56,892 nt of DNA, taken from positions 1-56,892 of the forward strand of contig JAHHIM010000029.1 in NCBI GenBank assembly GCA_019358915.1. Reading direction: 5' to 3'. This DNA is from Trichormus sp. ATA11-4-KO1. Its GTDB lineage: Bacteria; Cyanobacteriota; Cyanobacteriia; Cyanobacteriales; Nostocaceae. Shown piece after piece: positions 40,455-51,381 of the stretch. How positions within the stretch are numbered: the first letter of the stretch is position 1; each line of letters starts with the position of its first letter. A program made the position numbers and the translations under genes. The notes under the pieces were generated by a model. The model was not told the DNA's origin. It saw only the letters and a list, made by a program, of their open reading frames with translations, and ran no database searches.

Positions 40455-40712
40455 TTAAATACATACTCTATTACCATCTTCATCGTACCAGCAGGTTTTT
40501 TGTAGTTGCTTCTGCGATGGAATAACACCTGTCAGATGCTGAACTTTTTCTTCCTCAACAGCATCTTTAGATTCAATTTCATCAGCGTTGCAACTATAAT
40601 CTAATTCTAAGGAATTACCTTCATTTTCCAGAGTTGCAGAGTTATTTAAGCTATCAATCATTTCGTTTTGCATATCGTCTGTTAACTGTTGTTGTGGGTT
40701 TTGAGATTCCAT
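40455..40712 (-). CDS. Small acidic protein with C-terminal Cys pair (possible peptide precursor)
   Basis: 85 aa, AAGGAG Shine-Dalgarno upstream of ATG, ends in CWYDEDGNRVCI. Confidence 0.7.
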   Translation of the reverse strand: MESQNPQQQLTDDMQNEMIDSLNNSATLENEGNSLELDYSCNADEIESKDAVEEEKVQHLTGVIPSQKQLQKTCWYDEDGNRVCI

Positions 40713-40965
40713 AAATTTTCTCCTTACAAGCTAGTAGATGTATAAACTTATCGTTTGATTTACTAATGAGTGCTTCATCTTGGCTTACGGAGATTACGGA
40801 ATACTTTACAAAACTACATATTATGTTTGAGGAATTTATTCAAAGAAGCTAGAGAGGAAGAATTTTTATGCTCTTGCTGTGTGATGTGTTACACGAGTAT
40901 CTAATTTGAAAATGCTGAGGAAAATCTTATGTGGTGCATTGTGACTGCAAACGCGAGAGGCTCAT

Positions 40966-40994
40966 ATCCCCGACTTCTTTAAGAAGTCGGGGAT
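40966..40994. repeat. Perfect palindrome (REP-like, possible terminator)
   Basis: atccccgacttctt-t-aagaagtcggggat just 3' of the ABC permease. Confidence 0.75.
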
Positions 40995-41022
40995 CTTTTT
41001 GTTCGTGAAAAGACTTCCCGTA

Positions 41023-41850
41023 CTAATTTTTAATCCCAGTTGCGGCGATACCCCGGATAAACTGACGTTGACCGATGAGAAATAACACCATCACCGGCAC
41101 AGTCGCTATAGTTACCGCAGCCATCATCAAAGGCCAGTTATTGGTAAATTGTTCTTGAAACTCAGCTAAAGCCAACTGCACGGTTCTTAATTCCGGTCGT
41201 GTGGTAAACACCAAAGGCTTAAACAAATCGTTCCATTCAGCAATGAAGGTGAACAAAAACAGCGTCACCAAAGCCGGACGGGCTAGAGGTAACATAACTC
41301 GCCACAAAATTTGCAATCGATTTGCCCCGTCTATGGTTGCAGCTTCTTCCAACTCTACGGGAATTGTTTGGAAATATTGACGTAACAAGAAAATACCAAA
41401 GCCGTTGACAGCAGTGGGTAAAATCAGCGCCCCGTAGGTATTGATCATGTTTCCCCATTTCAACACCAAAAAGATGGGAATCACCAATAACTGAAAGGGA
41501 ATTACCAAAGTTGCCAATACAACCAGTAACAGTGCTTGTTTACCGCGAAACTTCAACCGCGCCAGCGCGTAACCAGCCAATGCTGAAGTGACCATCTGAA
41601 AAGCCGTCACAGCGATCGCGACTAAGGTAGAATTAGCAAACGCCAGTAGAAATTTACCTCGCTGCCAGGCATCGCGGTAATTAGCTAAAGTCCAGTTATT
41701 TTTGGGTAAATCATCTAAAGTCCCTCCGGGAGGTGCAAAAGAAGTGAGAAAGACCACTAGCAGAGGTAGTAGGACAATAAATGCCCCCAATAGCAGCACT
41801 CCTAGTCGCCAAAAATTGGGAGATTTCAGATTCCAGTTTGGTTTGGACAT
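41023..41850 (-). CDS. Carbohydrate ABC transporter permease
   Basis: EAA motif ELEEAATIDGA, AGYALARLKFRG, WNDLFKPL. Confidence 0.92.
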   Translation of the reverse strand: MSKPNWNLKSPNFWRLGVLLLGAFIVLLPLLVVFLTSFAPPGGTLDDLPKNNWTLANYRDAWQRGKFLLAFANSTLVAIAVTAFQMVTSALAGYALARLKFRGKQALLLVVLATLVIPFQLLVIPIFLVLKWGNMINTYGALILPTAVNGFGIFLLRQYFQTIPVELEEAATIDGANRLQILWRVMLPLARPALVTLFLFTFIAEWNDLFKPLVFTTRPELRTVQLALAEFQEQFTNNWPLMMAAVTIATVPVMVLFLIGQRQFIRGIAATGIKN

Positions 41851-42024
41851 GAGTTGAGCATTAAAGCATTTATTTATTAGTACTAGAGCATCGCCCCCAC
41901 AAAAGCTAATCTATAACATAGTGACTTGTTAAGTTAAATTAAACCATAGTGATCACTACCCTAAGTTCATAGGGAAAATTGAATTTTAGTATCAAATGAT
42001 TCTAGTTTACGGAGTAAACATACT

Positions 42025-42720
42025 ATGCAGCAGCTTGCAGCCGAATTAAATATTGATTTTCAGAGCGAAAAATACAAAGATGCTTACAGTCGCATTAATG
42101 CGATTGTGATTGAAGGAGAACAAGAAGCCCACGAAAATTACATCAGATTGGCTGAACTGCTGCCAAAAGACAAAGACGAACTGATTCGCTTATCCAAGAT
42201 GGAAAGCCGCCACAAGAAAGGATTTGAAGCTTGTGGACGCAATCTTGCAGTCACGCCAGATATGCAATTTGCCAAGGAGTTTTTCGCTGGACTGCACGAA
42301 AATTTTCAAAAGGCGGCGGCTGAAGGCCAAATCGTGACTTGCTTGCTGATTCAATCTTTGATTATTGAATGTTTTGCGATCGCTGCATACAACATCTATA
42401 TTCCCGTTGCTGACGATTTTGCTCGTAAAATTACTGAGGGAGTAGTCAAAGATGAGTACAGTCATCTCAACTTTGGAGAAGTCTGGTTAAAAGAACACTT
42501 TGCCGAATCCAAAGCTGAATTAGAGGCAGCTAATCGCCAAAACCTACCCATTGTTTGGAGAATGCTCAATCAAGTAGAAGATGATGCCCACACCTTAGCA
42601 ATGGAAAAAGATGCTTTAGTAGAAGATTTCATGATTCAGTACGGTGAAGCTTTAAGTAATATTGGCTTCACTACTAGAGATATCATGCGGATGTCAGCCT
42701 ACGGACTCACAGCAGCTTAG
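42025..42720 (+). CDS. ado: Aldehyde-deformylating oxygenase (alkane biosynthesis)
   Basis: [33 protein letters not shown], di-iron ExxH motifs. Confidence 0.97.
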   Translation: MQQLAAELNIDFQSEKYKDAYSRINAIVIEGEQEAHENYIRLAELLPKDKDELIRLSKMESRHKKGFEACGRNLAVTPDMQFAKEFFAGLHENFQKAAAEGQIVTCLLIQSLIIECFAIAAYNIYIPVADDFARKITEGVVKDEYSHLNFGEVWLKEHFAESKAELEAANRQNLPIVWRMLNQVEDDAHTLAMEKDALVEDFMIQYGEALSNIGFTTRDIMRMSAYGLTAA

Positions 42721-42856
42721 AACAACAATCTGCTCAGAATTATCTGAGTTAAACCGAAAACATCTTACGCTTTGTTTACTTCAAAGTCATACCAATTTGC
42801 TAGAAGCACACCACAGATATAAACCTGGAAACTCAGGATTATATCTAGCCTTCTTA

Positions 42857-42891
42857 ATTACGAATTACGAATTACGAATTACGAATTACGA
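42857..42891 (+). repeat. Heptamer tandem repeat (ATTACGA)x5
   Basis: Direct reading. Confidence 0.9.
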
Positions 42892-42956
42892 ATTGGTATT
42901 TTCCCCACCCACTTATTCAACGCTTTTGACAAAGCATACGCCTAATACATCAATAC

Positions 42957-43976
42957 ATGTTTGGTCTAATTGGACATCTGACTAGTTTGGAACACGCTCA
43001 AGCGGTAGCTAAAGAATTGGGATACCCAGAATATGCCGATCAAGGGCTAGATTTTTGGTGCAGTGCCCCACCGCAAATTGTCGATAACATCACCGTTACC
43101 AGTGTGACTGGACAGACAATTGAAGGACGGTATGTAGAATCTTGCTTTTTGCCAGAGATGCTAGCTAATCGCCGCATCAAAGCAGCAACACGTAAAATTC
43201 TCAACGCTATGGCCCATGCTCAAAAGCATGGCATCAATATCACTGCTCTAGGGGGATTTTCCTCGATAATTTTTGAAAATTTTAAATTGGAGCAGTTTAG
43301 CCAAGTCCGTAACATCAAACTAGAGTTTGAACGCTTCACCACAGGGAATACTCACACTGCTTATATTATTTGTCGGCAGGTGGAGCAAGCGTCTCAACAA
43401 ATAGGAATTGATTTGTCGAAAGCAACTGTTGCTATATGTGGGGCGACAGGAGACATTGGCAGTGCAGTCACACGCTGGCTAGATGCAAAAACAGATGTCA
43501 AGGAACTTTTGCTGATAGCCCGCAACTATGAGCGTCTCAAAGAGTTGCAAGCCGAACTAGGGCGAGGAAAAATCATGGCTTTGGATGAAGCACTGCCCGA
43601 AGCTGATATTGTGGTTTGGGTAGCTAGTATGCCCAAAGGGGTGGAAATTGACTTTAAGGTCTTGAAACAGCCCTGTTTATTAATTGATGGTGGCTATCCT
43701 AAAAATTTAGCTACCAAAATTCAGCATCCTGGTGTATATGTGCTAAATGGTGGAATTGTAGAGCATTCTTTAGATATTGACTGGAAAATTATGAAAATCG
43801 TCAATATGGATGTGCCAGCACGCCAGTTATTTGCTTGTTTTGCCGAATCAATGCTCCTGGAATTTGAGAAGTTATACACGAACTTTTCTTGGGGGCGTAA
43901 TCAGATTACCGTAGACAAAATGGAGCAGATTGGTCAAGCTTCGGTAAAACACGGATTTAGACCACTGCTGGTTTAG
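42957..43976 (+). CDS. aar: Long-chain acyl-ACP reductase
   Basis: [38 protein letters not shown]; adjacent to ado. Confidence 0.97.
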   Translation: MFGLIGHLTSLEHAQAVAKELGYPEYADQGLDFWCSAPPQIVDNITVTSVTGQTIEGRYVESCFLPEMLANRRIKAATRKILNAMAHAQKHGINITALGGFSSIIFENFKLEQFSQVRNIKLEFERFTTGNTHTAYIICRQVEQASQQIGIDLSKATVAICGATGDIGSAVTRWLDAKTDVKELLLIARNYERLKELQAELGRGKIMALDEALPEADIVVWVASMPKGVEIDFKVLKQPCLLIDGGYPKNLATKIQHPGVYVLNGGIVEHSLDIDWKIMKIVNMDVPARQLFACFAESMLLEFEKLYTNFSWGRNQITVDKMEQIGQASVKHGFRPLLV

Positions 43977-43980
43977 CAAC

Positions 43981-44132
43981 AGGTGACAGGTGACAGGGGG
44001 ACAAGGGGACAAGGGGATAGGGGGACAAGGGGAGATTATTAATATTAAGTTCTTCCCCCCACTCCCCCATCCCCCCACTCCCCACTCCCCACTCCCCACT
44101 CCCCCATCCCCCACTCCCCCACTCCCTATCCC
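43981..44132. repeat. STRR-type arrays (GGGGACA-like and CCCCACT)
   Basis: G-rich then C-rich tandem repeats between aar and accA. Confidence 0.85.
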
Positions 44133-44152
44133 CTATTACCTAATCCTTAACT

Positions 44153-45133
44153 ATGGCAACTACCGAACGCAAACCGCTACTGTTGGATTTTGAAAAGCCG
44201 CTAGCAGAACTCGCCACCCGGATTGATCAGATTCGGCAACTTGCAGAAGAAAATGGCGTCGATGTATCTGGCCAAATTCGGCAACTAGAAACACGCGCTA
44301 TGCAACTGCGAGAGGAAATTTTCAGTGGTTTATCGCCATCCCAGCGATTGCAAGTCGCTCGTCATCCCCGCCGCCCCAGTACTCTCGATTACATTCAAGC
44401 TATTAGTGATGAATGGATGGAATTGCATGGCGATCGCTGTGGTGGTGACGATCCGGCTTTAGTTGGTGGTGTAGGTCGTTTGGGTGGGCAACCTGTGGTG
44501 ATGTTAGGTCATCAAAAAGGTCGCGACACCAAGGATAATGTCGCCCGTAACTTCGGTATGGCTTCCCCTGGTGGTTACCGCAAAGCATTGCGCTTGATGG
44601 AACACGCCAATAAATTTAGTATGCCGATTTTAACTTTTATTGACACTCCAGGTGCTTGGGCAGGCATTGAAGCCGAGCACCAAGGTCAAGGAGAAGCGAT
44701 CGCCTACAATTTGCGGGAAATGTTTTGCTTTGATGTGCCCATTATCTGTACAGTCATTGGCGAAGGTGGTTCTGGTGGCGCTCTAGGTATTGGTGTAGGC
44801 GATCGCCTCATGATGTTTGAACACGCCGTCTATACTGTTGCCACTCCCGAAGCCTGTGCCGCCATTCTCTGGAAAGATGCTAGCAAATCTCCCCAAGCAG
44901 CCGTAGCCCTGAAAATTATTTCCCACGACCTGAAAAACTTGGGTATTATTGACCAAATATTACCCGAACCCATTGGTGGCGCTCATTCCGACCCTCTGAA
45001 AGCCGCTACAACCCTCAAGCAAGCCCTGTTAGATAATTTGGACGAACTGAATCGTTTAACATCTCAAGAACGCCGCCAACTACGCTATGACAAATTCCGC
45101 AAAATTGGTGTTTTTACCGAAGTTGCTCACTAA
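44153..45133 (+). CDS. accA: Acetyl-CoA carboxylase carboxyltransferase alpha subunit
   Basis: [33 protein letters not shown]. Confidence 0.97.
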   Translation: MATTERKPLLLDFEKPLAELATRIDQIRQLAEENGVDVSGQIRQLETRAMQLREEIFSGLSPSQRLQVARHPRRPSTLDYIQAISDEWMELHGDRCGGDDPALVGGVGRLGGQPVVMLGHQKGRDTKDNVARNFGMASPGGYRKALRLMEHANKFSMPILTFIDTPGAWAGIEAEHQGQGEAIAYNLREMFCFDVPIICTVIGEGGSGGALGIGVGDRLMMFEHAVYTVATPEACAAILWKDASKSPQAAVALKIISHDLKNLGIIDQILPEPIGGAHSDPLKAATTLKQALLDNLDELNRLTSQERRQLRYDKFRKIGVFTEVAH

Positions 45134-45502
45134 TACTGCTCAAAGATGACTGATAAGTTCAACAGCAGTGCTATAATTTGCCTATGGTTATTTAAAGATT
45201 TTTAACAATCTTGTCAGCCATAGGCATTCGTATTTTAGGCAAATTGACTCGATTTGATGAGTGGTTTGTCCAATATTCAGTAATCAAGTTTAAACATATG
45301 ACATAATTTCCCAGGGAAGCACTTGTTGTCCTGACTGGGAAAACGCCGGACGGGAAAAAATACCCACGTTGACGAAAGATATTAGCAGTTATCAACAAGA
45401 AATCATGGGAATTTAAGGTTAGTTTAATCTAACCAATCCGCAAGATTTAGATAATTGGCTGGAAATAAAGCTTTGGGAACTGCCAAAAAATCGGGAGAGA
45501 GC

Positions 45503-46228
45503 ATGAGTGTTGAGCAGAAACGACGTGCCCTAATTACTGGGGCAAGTAGTGGAATTGGCAAAGCCACAGCTTTAGCCTTTGCCAAGGCGGGAATTGATGT
45601 CGCCTTAGTCAGCCGTTCTGTGGATAAGTTGGAAACAGTAGCAGCAGCAGCAGAGCATACAGGGGTAGCAGCCAAAGCTTACGCTGTGGATCTAGCTAAT
45701 GTATCTCAAGTACAAGCAAAAATACAAGCGATCGCCCAAGACTTTGGGGACATAGATATTTTGGTCAACAATGCCGGCATGGCATACACAGCCCAATTGA
45801 GTGAAACCCCCTTAGCCGATTGGCAGCAAGTAATTAACTTAAACCTGACTAGTGTGTTTCAGTGCATTATCGGGATTTTACCCAAAATGCGCGATCGCGG
45901 TACAGGCACAATTATTAACGTCGCCTCCATTGCCGCCAAGCAACCCTTTCCCGGTTGGGGAGCATACAGCGTCAGCAAAGCTGGTTTAATGAGCCTTTCT
46001 CAAACCCTGGCACAAGAAGAACGCGCCCACGGCATTCGTGTCACCGCTATTTGTCCTGGTGCTGTTAATACCGAATTGTGGGACACAGAAACCGTCCATG
46101 CCGACTTAGACCGTTCAAAAATGTTAACGCCAGAAATTGTGGCTCAGTCGATTCTGTACACTGCCTTGTTACCACAGCACGCAGTAATTGACGAATTGAC
46201 AGTCATGCCTAGCGCTGGCTCTCTTTAA
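45503..46228 (+). CDS. SDR oxidoreductase
   Basis: TGASSGIG, NNAG, YSVSK; ATG 45503 after GGAGAG. Confidence 0.9.
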   Translation: MSVEQKRRALITGASSGIGKATALAFAKAGIDVALVSRSVDKLETVAAAAEHTGVAAKAYAVDLANVSQVQAKIQAIAQDFGDIDILVNNAGMAYTAQLSETPLADWQQVINLNLTSVFQCIIGILPKMRDRGTGTIINVASIAAKQPFPGWGAYSVSKAGLMSLSQTLAQEERAHGIRVTAICPGAVNTELWDTETVHADLDRSKMLTPEIVAQSILYTALLPQHAVIDELTVMPSAGSL

Positions 46229-46230
46229 AG

Positions 46231-46314
46231 TGCTGAGTGCTGAGTGCTGAGTGCTGAGTGCTGAGTGCTGAGTGCTGAGTGCTGAGTGCTGAGTGCTGAG
46301 TGCTGAGTGCTGAG
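46231..46314 (+). repeat. STRR (TGCTGAG)x12
   Basis: Perfect heptamer array; shorter copies near 23369, 27740, 47107 and 53363. Confidence 0.95.
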
Positions 46315-46398
46315 TGTTTATTTGCCCCTTTGCGTGAGCAAAATTCATATTCTCAATCAGCAACGTTAATAATTCAAACCATAACCAAGAATTACATC

Positions 46399-47106
46399 AT
46401 GACTACTGCTAGTTCCAACGGTGCCAATCGCTCGAAATCTCCTCTAATTCCCGACTTGGTAGAAGCCATTAATGCCAAACCCGATCGCAATACCCACAAC
46501 GGACGACAACCGAATTTGCACCCGCCCTCAGAAGCAGAGATGGCGCAAATGATGGACGCTGTAAGGGCACTATTAGTAGGTGTGGGAGAAGATCCTGAAC
46601 GAGAAGGACTGCTGAAAACACCCAAGCGCGTAGCAGAAGCCATGCAGTTTCTCACCAGTGGCTACAACCAATCTCTAGAAGAACTCGTTAATGATGCCAT
46701 CTTTGATGAAGGACATAATGAGATGGTATTAGTCCGGGATATTAACTTCTTTAGCCTTTGCGAACATCATATGCTGCCTTTCATGGGTAGAGCGCATGTG
46801 GCTTATATCCCCAATCAGAAAGTTGTAGGGTTAAGTAAACTGGCCCGCATTGTCGAGATGTATTCCCGCCGCTTACAAGTTCAAGAAAGACTAACCCGTC
46901 AAATAGCCGAAGCAATCCAAACCATTCTAGAACCTCAAGGTGTTGCAGTGGTGATGGAAGCTACCCATATGTGCATGGTAATGCGGGGTGTGCAAAAACC
47001 CGGTTCTTGGACTGTAACCAGCGCCATGGTTGGTGCGTTTGATCAAGAACAAAAAACCCGCGAAGAATTCTTTAACTTGATTCGTCACCAACCAGCATTT
47101 TTCTAA
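46399..47106 (+). CDS. folE: GTP cyclohydrolase I
   Basis: [30 protein letters not shown]; start set at MTTASS. Confidence 0.96.
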   Translation: MTTASSNGANRSKSPLIPDLVEAINAKPDRNTHNGRQPNLHPPSEAEMAQMMDAVRALLVGVGEDPEREGLLKTPKRVAEAMQFLTSGYNQSLEELVNDAIFDEGHNEMVLVRDINFFSLCEHHMLPFMGRAHVAYIPNQKVVGLSKLARIVEMYSRRLQVQERLTRQIAEAIQTILEPQGVAVVMEATHMCMVMRGVQKPGSWTVTSAMVGAFDQEQKTREEFFNLIRHQPAFF

Positions 47107-47172
47107 GTGCTGAGTGGGGAATGGAGAGTGAGGGAGGAGTATTTTTTTCTTTTCTCTTTATCGCCTTGTCCC

Positions 47173-47345
47173 CAGGGCTGTTTCATTCGCTTGTGTTGGA
47201 GATTTGTCAAGAGGATAATCTCACGCAAAGGCGCAAAGACGCAAAGAAAAATCAGGTATTTCGGACTGAAGATGCCAAAATTTTCGGTCTTAATTGTGGA
47301 TTTGCCCTTGCAATTTTCACCCTTTTAGGGAACGAATCAGCCCTG
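47173..47345. mobile_element. MITE-like element between convergent folE and trpF
   Basis: IR cagggctgtttcattc...gaacgaatcagccctg, internal cacgcaaaggcgcaaagacgcaaag, flanked by ccttgtccc on both sides. Confidence 0.65.
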
Positions 47346-47354
47346 CCCTTGTCC

Positions 47355-47987
47355 CTACTTCGTACTTCCTAATTTCTCAAACAGCAACGCTACCTTATCT
47401 AAATCCTTATCTCCTGGTTTAAGTTCTACACCACTGGATAAATCTATCCCGTCTGGTTTGACTTGATTCAAAGCAGTAACAACATTATCTGGCGTTAGTC
47501 CCCCTGCTAACAACCAAGGACAACTGGGTTGGAATTGTTGTAGCGTTTGCCAGTCGAGAGTGTGGCCTGTACCTCCCAACTGTTGGGGATGATAGGCATC
47601 TAGTAGTAACGTATCGACATATTTGGTGTAATTAGCAGCTTGATCAAGCTCCTCCAGGCTACGAACTCGGAAAGCCTTAATAATTTCTACATTCGCTAGA
47701 CTTTGGCGCAACTGGTGGCAAAATTCTGGGGATTCATCCCCGTGTAACTGAACACCAGTTAACCCAGAATCAATAACTATCTGGCTGATATCAGTAATAC
47801 TCGTATTGGCAAAAACACCGATTTTGTCAATATTTTCTGATAATTGTGCCACTGCTGCCCGAATTTGCTCTGTGGTGACGTAGCGTGGTGAGGTGGGTAC
47901 ACAAATAAACCCTAGTGCCGTTGCGCCCAAAGAGGCGATCGCCACAGACTGTTGTGGTTGAGTAATGCCGCAAATCTTGACTCGCAT
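47355..47987 (-). CDS. trpF: Phosphoribosylanthranilate isomerase
   Basis: VKICGIT, VQLHGDE, LLDAY, LAGGL, DLSSGVE. Confidence 0.96.
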   Translation of the reverse strand: MRVKICGITQPQQSVAIASLGATALGFICVPTSPRYVTTEQIRAAVAQLSENIDKIGVFANTSITDISQIVIDSGLTGVQLHGDESPEFCHQLRQSLANVEIIKAFRVRSLEELDQAANYTKYVDTLLLDAYHPQQLGGTGHTLDWQTLQQFQPSCPWLLAGGLTPDNVVTALNQVKPDGIDLSSGVELKPGDKDLDKVALLFEKLGSTK

Positions 47988-48112
47988 ATAAATTTGAGAT
48001 TATTGGTAACTGAAAAAAAACTCGAAGTTTTACTAAAACTATTCGGTTGTTTGCTGTGGAACTTTATAATTTTGGAGGCTTACATTAATTTTGTCATTTA
48101 GGAGATACCAGC

Positions 48113-48364
48113 TTGATTTCATCAACCTTACTAGCCGCCGCATCTGTTCCCGCGACACCTGAATGGAGTCCTACAGTAGCGATCATTATTAGCGCTAGCA
48201 GCTTAGTGGCTCTTTTACTAACTCTCAAGATTCAGTATCCGCAAGTAGGGCCTAAGTTGCCTGTCTTACCCGTCAGTATTCCCGCATTTATCGGTGCAAT
48301 GGCTTTCGGTCATGTTATCGGCATTGGTATTGTTTTAGGTCTGACTAATATTGGTCGTCTGTAA
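48113..48364 (+). CDS. psaK: Photosystem I subunit PsaK (copy 1, TTG start)
   Basis: P.T.EWSP, two TM helices, MAFGHVIGIGIVLGLTNIG. Confidence 0.9.
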   Translation: MISSTLLAAASVPATPEWSPTVAIIISASSLVALLLTLKIQYPQVGPKLPVLPVSIPAFIGAMAFGHVIGIGIVLGLTNIGRL

Positions 48365-48613
48365 GAAGTAAGGGAGATAGGGGGACAAGGGGACGAGGGG
48401 ACAAAAACAAAAAATACTCCCTCACGCCCCATTCCCCACTCCCAATAATTTGACTCCTGAATTTAGCATAGTCAGCTGTTTGTAATCACCACAACTGAAG
48501 AGGGAGATATTAACCTAACCTGCGAGGGACGACTTAGCAACTTCATCAGGCGGAGTATTTACGTGGCTCATAACTGAGTAGCTAAATCAGTTTGTTCATG
48601 CAGGAAAAAAACT

Positions 48614-48892
48614 ATGATTTCATCAATGTTACTAGCAGTCCAAGTTACTGTTCCCAACACTGGTACTACATGGAATTGGATTGGCACACCTATTATTATT
48701 GGCAGTTGCCTATTATGTCTTTTGATTATTCCTCGGACAATTCGCTATCCCCACGTTGGTAATAAAATGCCTTTACCTTTCCCAGCACTGTTTAATAGTC
48801 CCAGCGTCGGTTCATTTTTAGCGGCGATGAGTGCTGGTCATCTGATTGGTATTGGTGCCGTTTTGGGATTGACCAATCTCGGCATTATTTAA
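48614..48892 (+). CDS. psaK: Photosystem I subunit PsaK (divergent copy 2)
   Basis: [20 protein letters not shown]; tandem paralog. Confidence 0.85.
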   Translation: MISSMLLAVQVTVPNTGTTWNWIGTPIIIGSCLLCLLIIPRTIRYPHVGNKMPLPFPALFNSPSVGSFLAAMSAGHLIGIGAVLGLTNLGII

Positions 48893-49139
48893 TTTTGTTT
48901 CTGTTCAATTCATCTGAGATTGGCTGGAATCTTTACAGGTCGGGGATGAAATGCGGAAATCCCCACCCTCATTTACTCTGACTAGGGTAGAGAGTATGTC
49001 AATCTAGAAGTAAGGGTATTTCATACATTTTGGATTTTAGATGGTAAACATTTAGTAGTTTAAATGTAATTTTTGCGTATAAAAAAACACGTAAATTTGT
49101 AATATTAACTGCTGGAACATTGAGTTTTAGGAAAACGTA

Positions 49140-50336
49140 ATGCAAACAAATTGGAGAATTGGGTCTTTATTTGGAATTCCACTATTTTTAGACCCTCTGT
49201 GGTTTGTAATTTTAGGGCTAGCCACCCTGAACTTTGGGGTAGCCTATCAGGAATGGGGAAGCGCAGTAGGTTGGAGTGCTGGTATGGTGATGGCACTGCT
49301 GCTATTTGCTTCGGTGTTGTTACATGAGTTAGGTCATAGTTTGGCAGCGCGATCGCAAGGCATTAAAGTTAATTCAATTACTCTATTTATGTTTGGCGGC
49401 ATTGCTGCTATAGAAGAAGAATCCAAAACTCCAGGGGAAGCATTTCAAGTAGCGATCGCTGGGCCTTTAGTCAGTATTGCCCTATTTTTGCTGTTGAGCC
49501 TAGCAGCCACTATGATACCTGACGCTAGTCCCATCAGTGAAATGGTGACAGATTTGGCAAGAATTAACTTAGTTGTAGCCCTATTTAACTTAATTCCTGG
49601 CTTACCTCTAGATGGAGGACAAGTTTTAAAAGCTGCACTTTGGCAAATCACAGGTAACCGCTTTCAAGCTGTACACTGGGCAGCAAAGGCAGGGCAAATT
49701 TTAGGTTACAGTGCGATCGCTTTGGGATTTGCTGTAGATTTCTTTACCAGAGAGTTAGTTACTGGTTTGTGGATTGCATTATTAGGTTGGTTTGCCGTCC
49801 GCAATGCTAATAGCTATGACCGCGTAACCACATTACAAGAAACCTTGTTAAATGTGGTAGCCAGCGATACTATGACCCGTGACTTTCGCGTAGTCGATGC
49901 TGACCAAACATTGCGTTCCTTTGCCGACTCTTATCTCTTGGACACCAACGCCCCAAATATTTATTTTGCAGCTTCTAATGGGCGTTACCGGGGTATGGTG
50001 GCCATTGATGATTTACGCTTAGTAGAAAGAAGTGAATGGGAAAACCAAACTCTGCAAAGTATCGTCCATCCCTTGACAGAAATCCCCACTGTTGATGAAT
50101 CAGTTCCCCTAGCTGAGGTAATCAACAAGCTAGAAAATGAGCAGTTACCTCGAATTACCGTGCTTTCACCTGCTGGTGCTGTAGCTGGTGTCATTGACCG
50201 AGGAGATATTGTACGGACGTTGGCACAAAAGTTAAATTTACGCATTACCGATGCGGAAGTAAAGCGCATCAAAGAGGATGGTAGTTATCCGCCAGGGTTG
50301 CAACTGGGGACAATTGCCAAGTCAACTACAAATTAA
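49140..50336 (+). CDS. Site-2 (M50) membrane metalloprotease with CBS domains
   Basis: HELGH, FNLIPGLPLDGG, C-terminal CBS pair. Confidence 0.93.
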   Translation: MQTNWRIGSLFGIPLFLDPLWFVILGLATLNFGVAYQEWGSAVGWSAGMVMALLLFASVLLHELGHSLAARSQGIKVNSITLFMFGGIAAIEEESKTPGEAFQVAIAGPLVSIALFLLLSLAATMIPDASPISEMVTDLARINLVVALFNLIPGLPLDGGQVLKAALWQITGNRFQAVHWAAKAGQILGYSAIALGFAVDFFTRELVTGLWIALLGWFAVRNANSYDRVTTLQETLLNVVASDTMTRDFRVVDADQTLRSFADSYLLDTNAPNIYFAASNGRYRGMVAIDDLRLVERSEWENQTLQSIVHPLTEIPTVDESVPLAEVINKLENEQLPRITVLSPAGAVAGVIDRGDIVRTLAQKLNLRITDAEVKRIKEDGSYPPGLQLGTIAKSTTN

Positions 50337-50342
50337 TTACAT

Positions 50343-50469
50343 TAGGGAACACCAGAAAATAAATTATCCCATCTTGTTGGGATGGGCATCCTGCCCGTCC
50401 TTGGTTATTAGCGGGCAAGATGCCAGCCCCACTAGAAATTTGGGATATTTTTTATATGGAAGTTCCTTA
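50343..50469. mobile_element. MITE-like element with internal GC hairpin
   Basis: tagggaacacca...tatccc / gggatattttttatatggaagttcctta IR with internal ggcatcctgcccg...cgggcaagatgcc. Confidence 0.65.
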
Positions 50470-50481
50470 TCCCAGAAAAAA

Positions 50482-51006
50482 TTATCTACGTACTACAACT
50501 AAAGTCCCCATTTTAGTCCAGTTATAAAGCTGGCGAGCCTGTGGGACTGGCAAATTTATGCAACCACGACTAACTGGAGTTCCAAAACGGTTATGCCAGA
50601 AAGCACCATGAATAGCATAACCTCGATGGAAATACATTGCATAAGGGACATTAGGAATGTCGTAGCCTCTGCCTCGCATCCGGTTAGTGCGATACTTAGA
50701 ACCTATGCGGAAGCTGCCAATAGGAGTAGGAGTTGAGCGCTTTCCTGAGGAAATTCGGAATGAATACACTAGTTTTTTACCTTCCCATGCTCGTAAGCGT
50801 TGCTCGGATAGGCTAATTTCAATCCGGCGAGGTTGGGATATCTGCCGACTTTGAGATATGGTGAAGCTGTTGTTATTAACTGAGGCGGCGTTGGCCATCG
50901 CAGAGTTGGGGTCAGCCGTAGTCGATGGCGACCAGGAAACCCAAGTCGCGATTGTCAACACTACACCCGTACAGAAAGTTCCTGAGCAACGTATCCAACT
51001 TTGCAT
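50482..51006 (-). CDS. L,D-transpeptidase (YkuD family)
   Basis: IEISLSEQRL, TPTPIG, IHGAFW, SRGCINL. Confidence 0.9.
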   Translation of the reverse strand: MQSWIRCSGTFCTGVVLTIATWVSWSPSTTADPNSAMANAASVNNNSFTISQSRQISQPRRIEISLSEQRLRAWEGKKLVYSFRISSGKRSTPTPIGSFRIGSKYRTNRMRGRGYDIPNVPYAMYFHRGYAIHGAFWHNRFGTPVSRGCINLPVPQARQLYNWTKMGTLVVVRR

Positions 51007-51381
51007 GTTGCATTACCTTCTATATTTAGTTTGCTGGTTTCGGCAAATAGAAAGCAGTCTGAAGATTCGCTGCTTTCAATGCACATCAGTTTAGGGGGAC
51101 GAAATTTACGCCTCTACATCTGATGCATTTGTGGCAAAGATTTTTGAAACAGGATTTGTCAGGATTTACGCTCGATTTCTTGAGGGCAGACAAAATAAGT
51201 TCCCTCTTCTATTTTTTATTTCAAGTTTAGTTATGTTGAGTCCGGAGTGTTCTTGGCGAATTTCCCCAGTATGTCTTGATTTCTGGTTATTTGGACTTTC
51301 AGGATTGAGAAAAAATTGGGAACGAGGAGTGAGGGAGTGAGGGAGTATTTTTGTTCTTATCCCCCTGCTCCCTCTATCTCC

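Noticed and set aside
20069..40712. Absence of HIP1 in the laccase, methyltransferase and FHA genes as proof of horizontal transfer
   Set aside because: Native genes such as hglA and hetM also appear to lack HIP1 by eye, so the signal does not discriminate without a count-based test.
43872..44193. Gly/Trp-rich and Pro-rich ORFs
   Set aside because: Translations of STRR arrays.
46231..46314. Regular repeat array as a possible CRISPR
   Set aside because: Contiguous heptamers with no spacers and no cas genes; an ordinary STRR.
42025..47106. Alkane operon near the hgl cluster as a joint lipid super-cluster
   Set aside because: ado-aar-accA-SDR-folE is a widely conserved block, separated from hgl by more than 20 kb of unrelated genes.
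47107..47372. Two short plus-strand ORFs after folE
   Set aside because: Made of STRR and MITE sequence (TQRRKDAK-type repeat translation).
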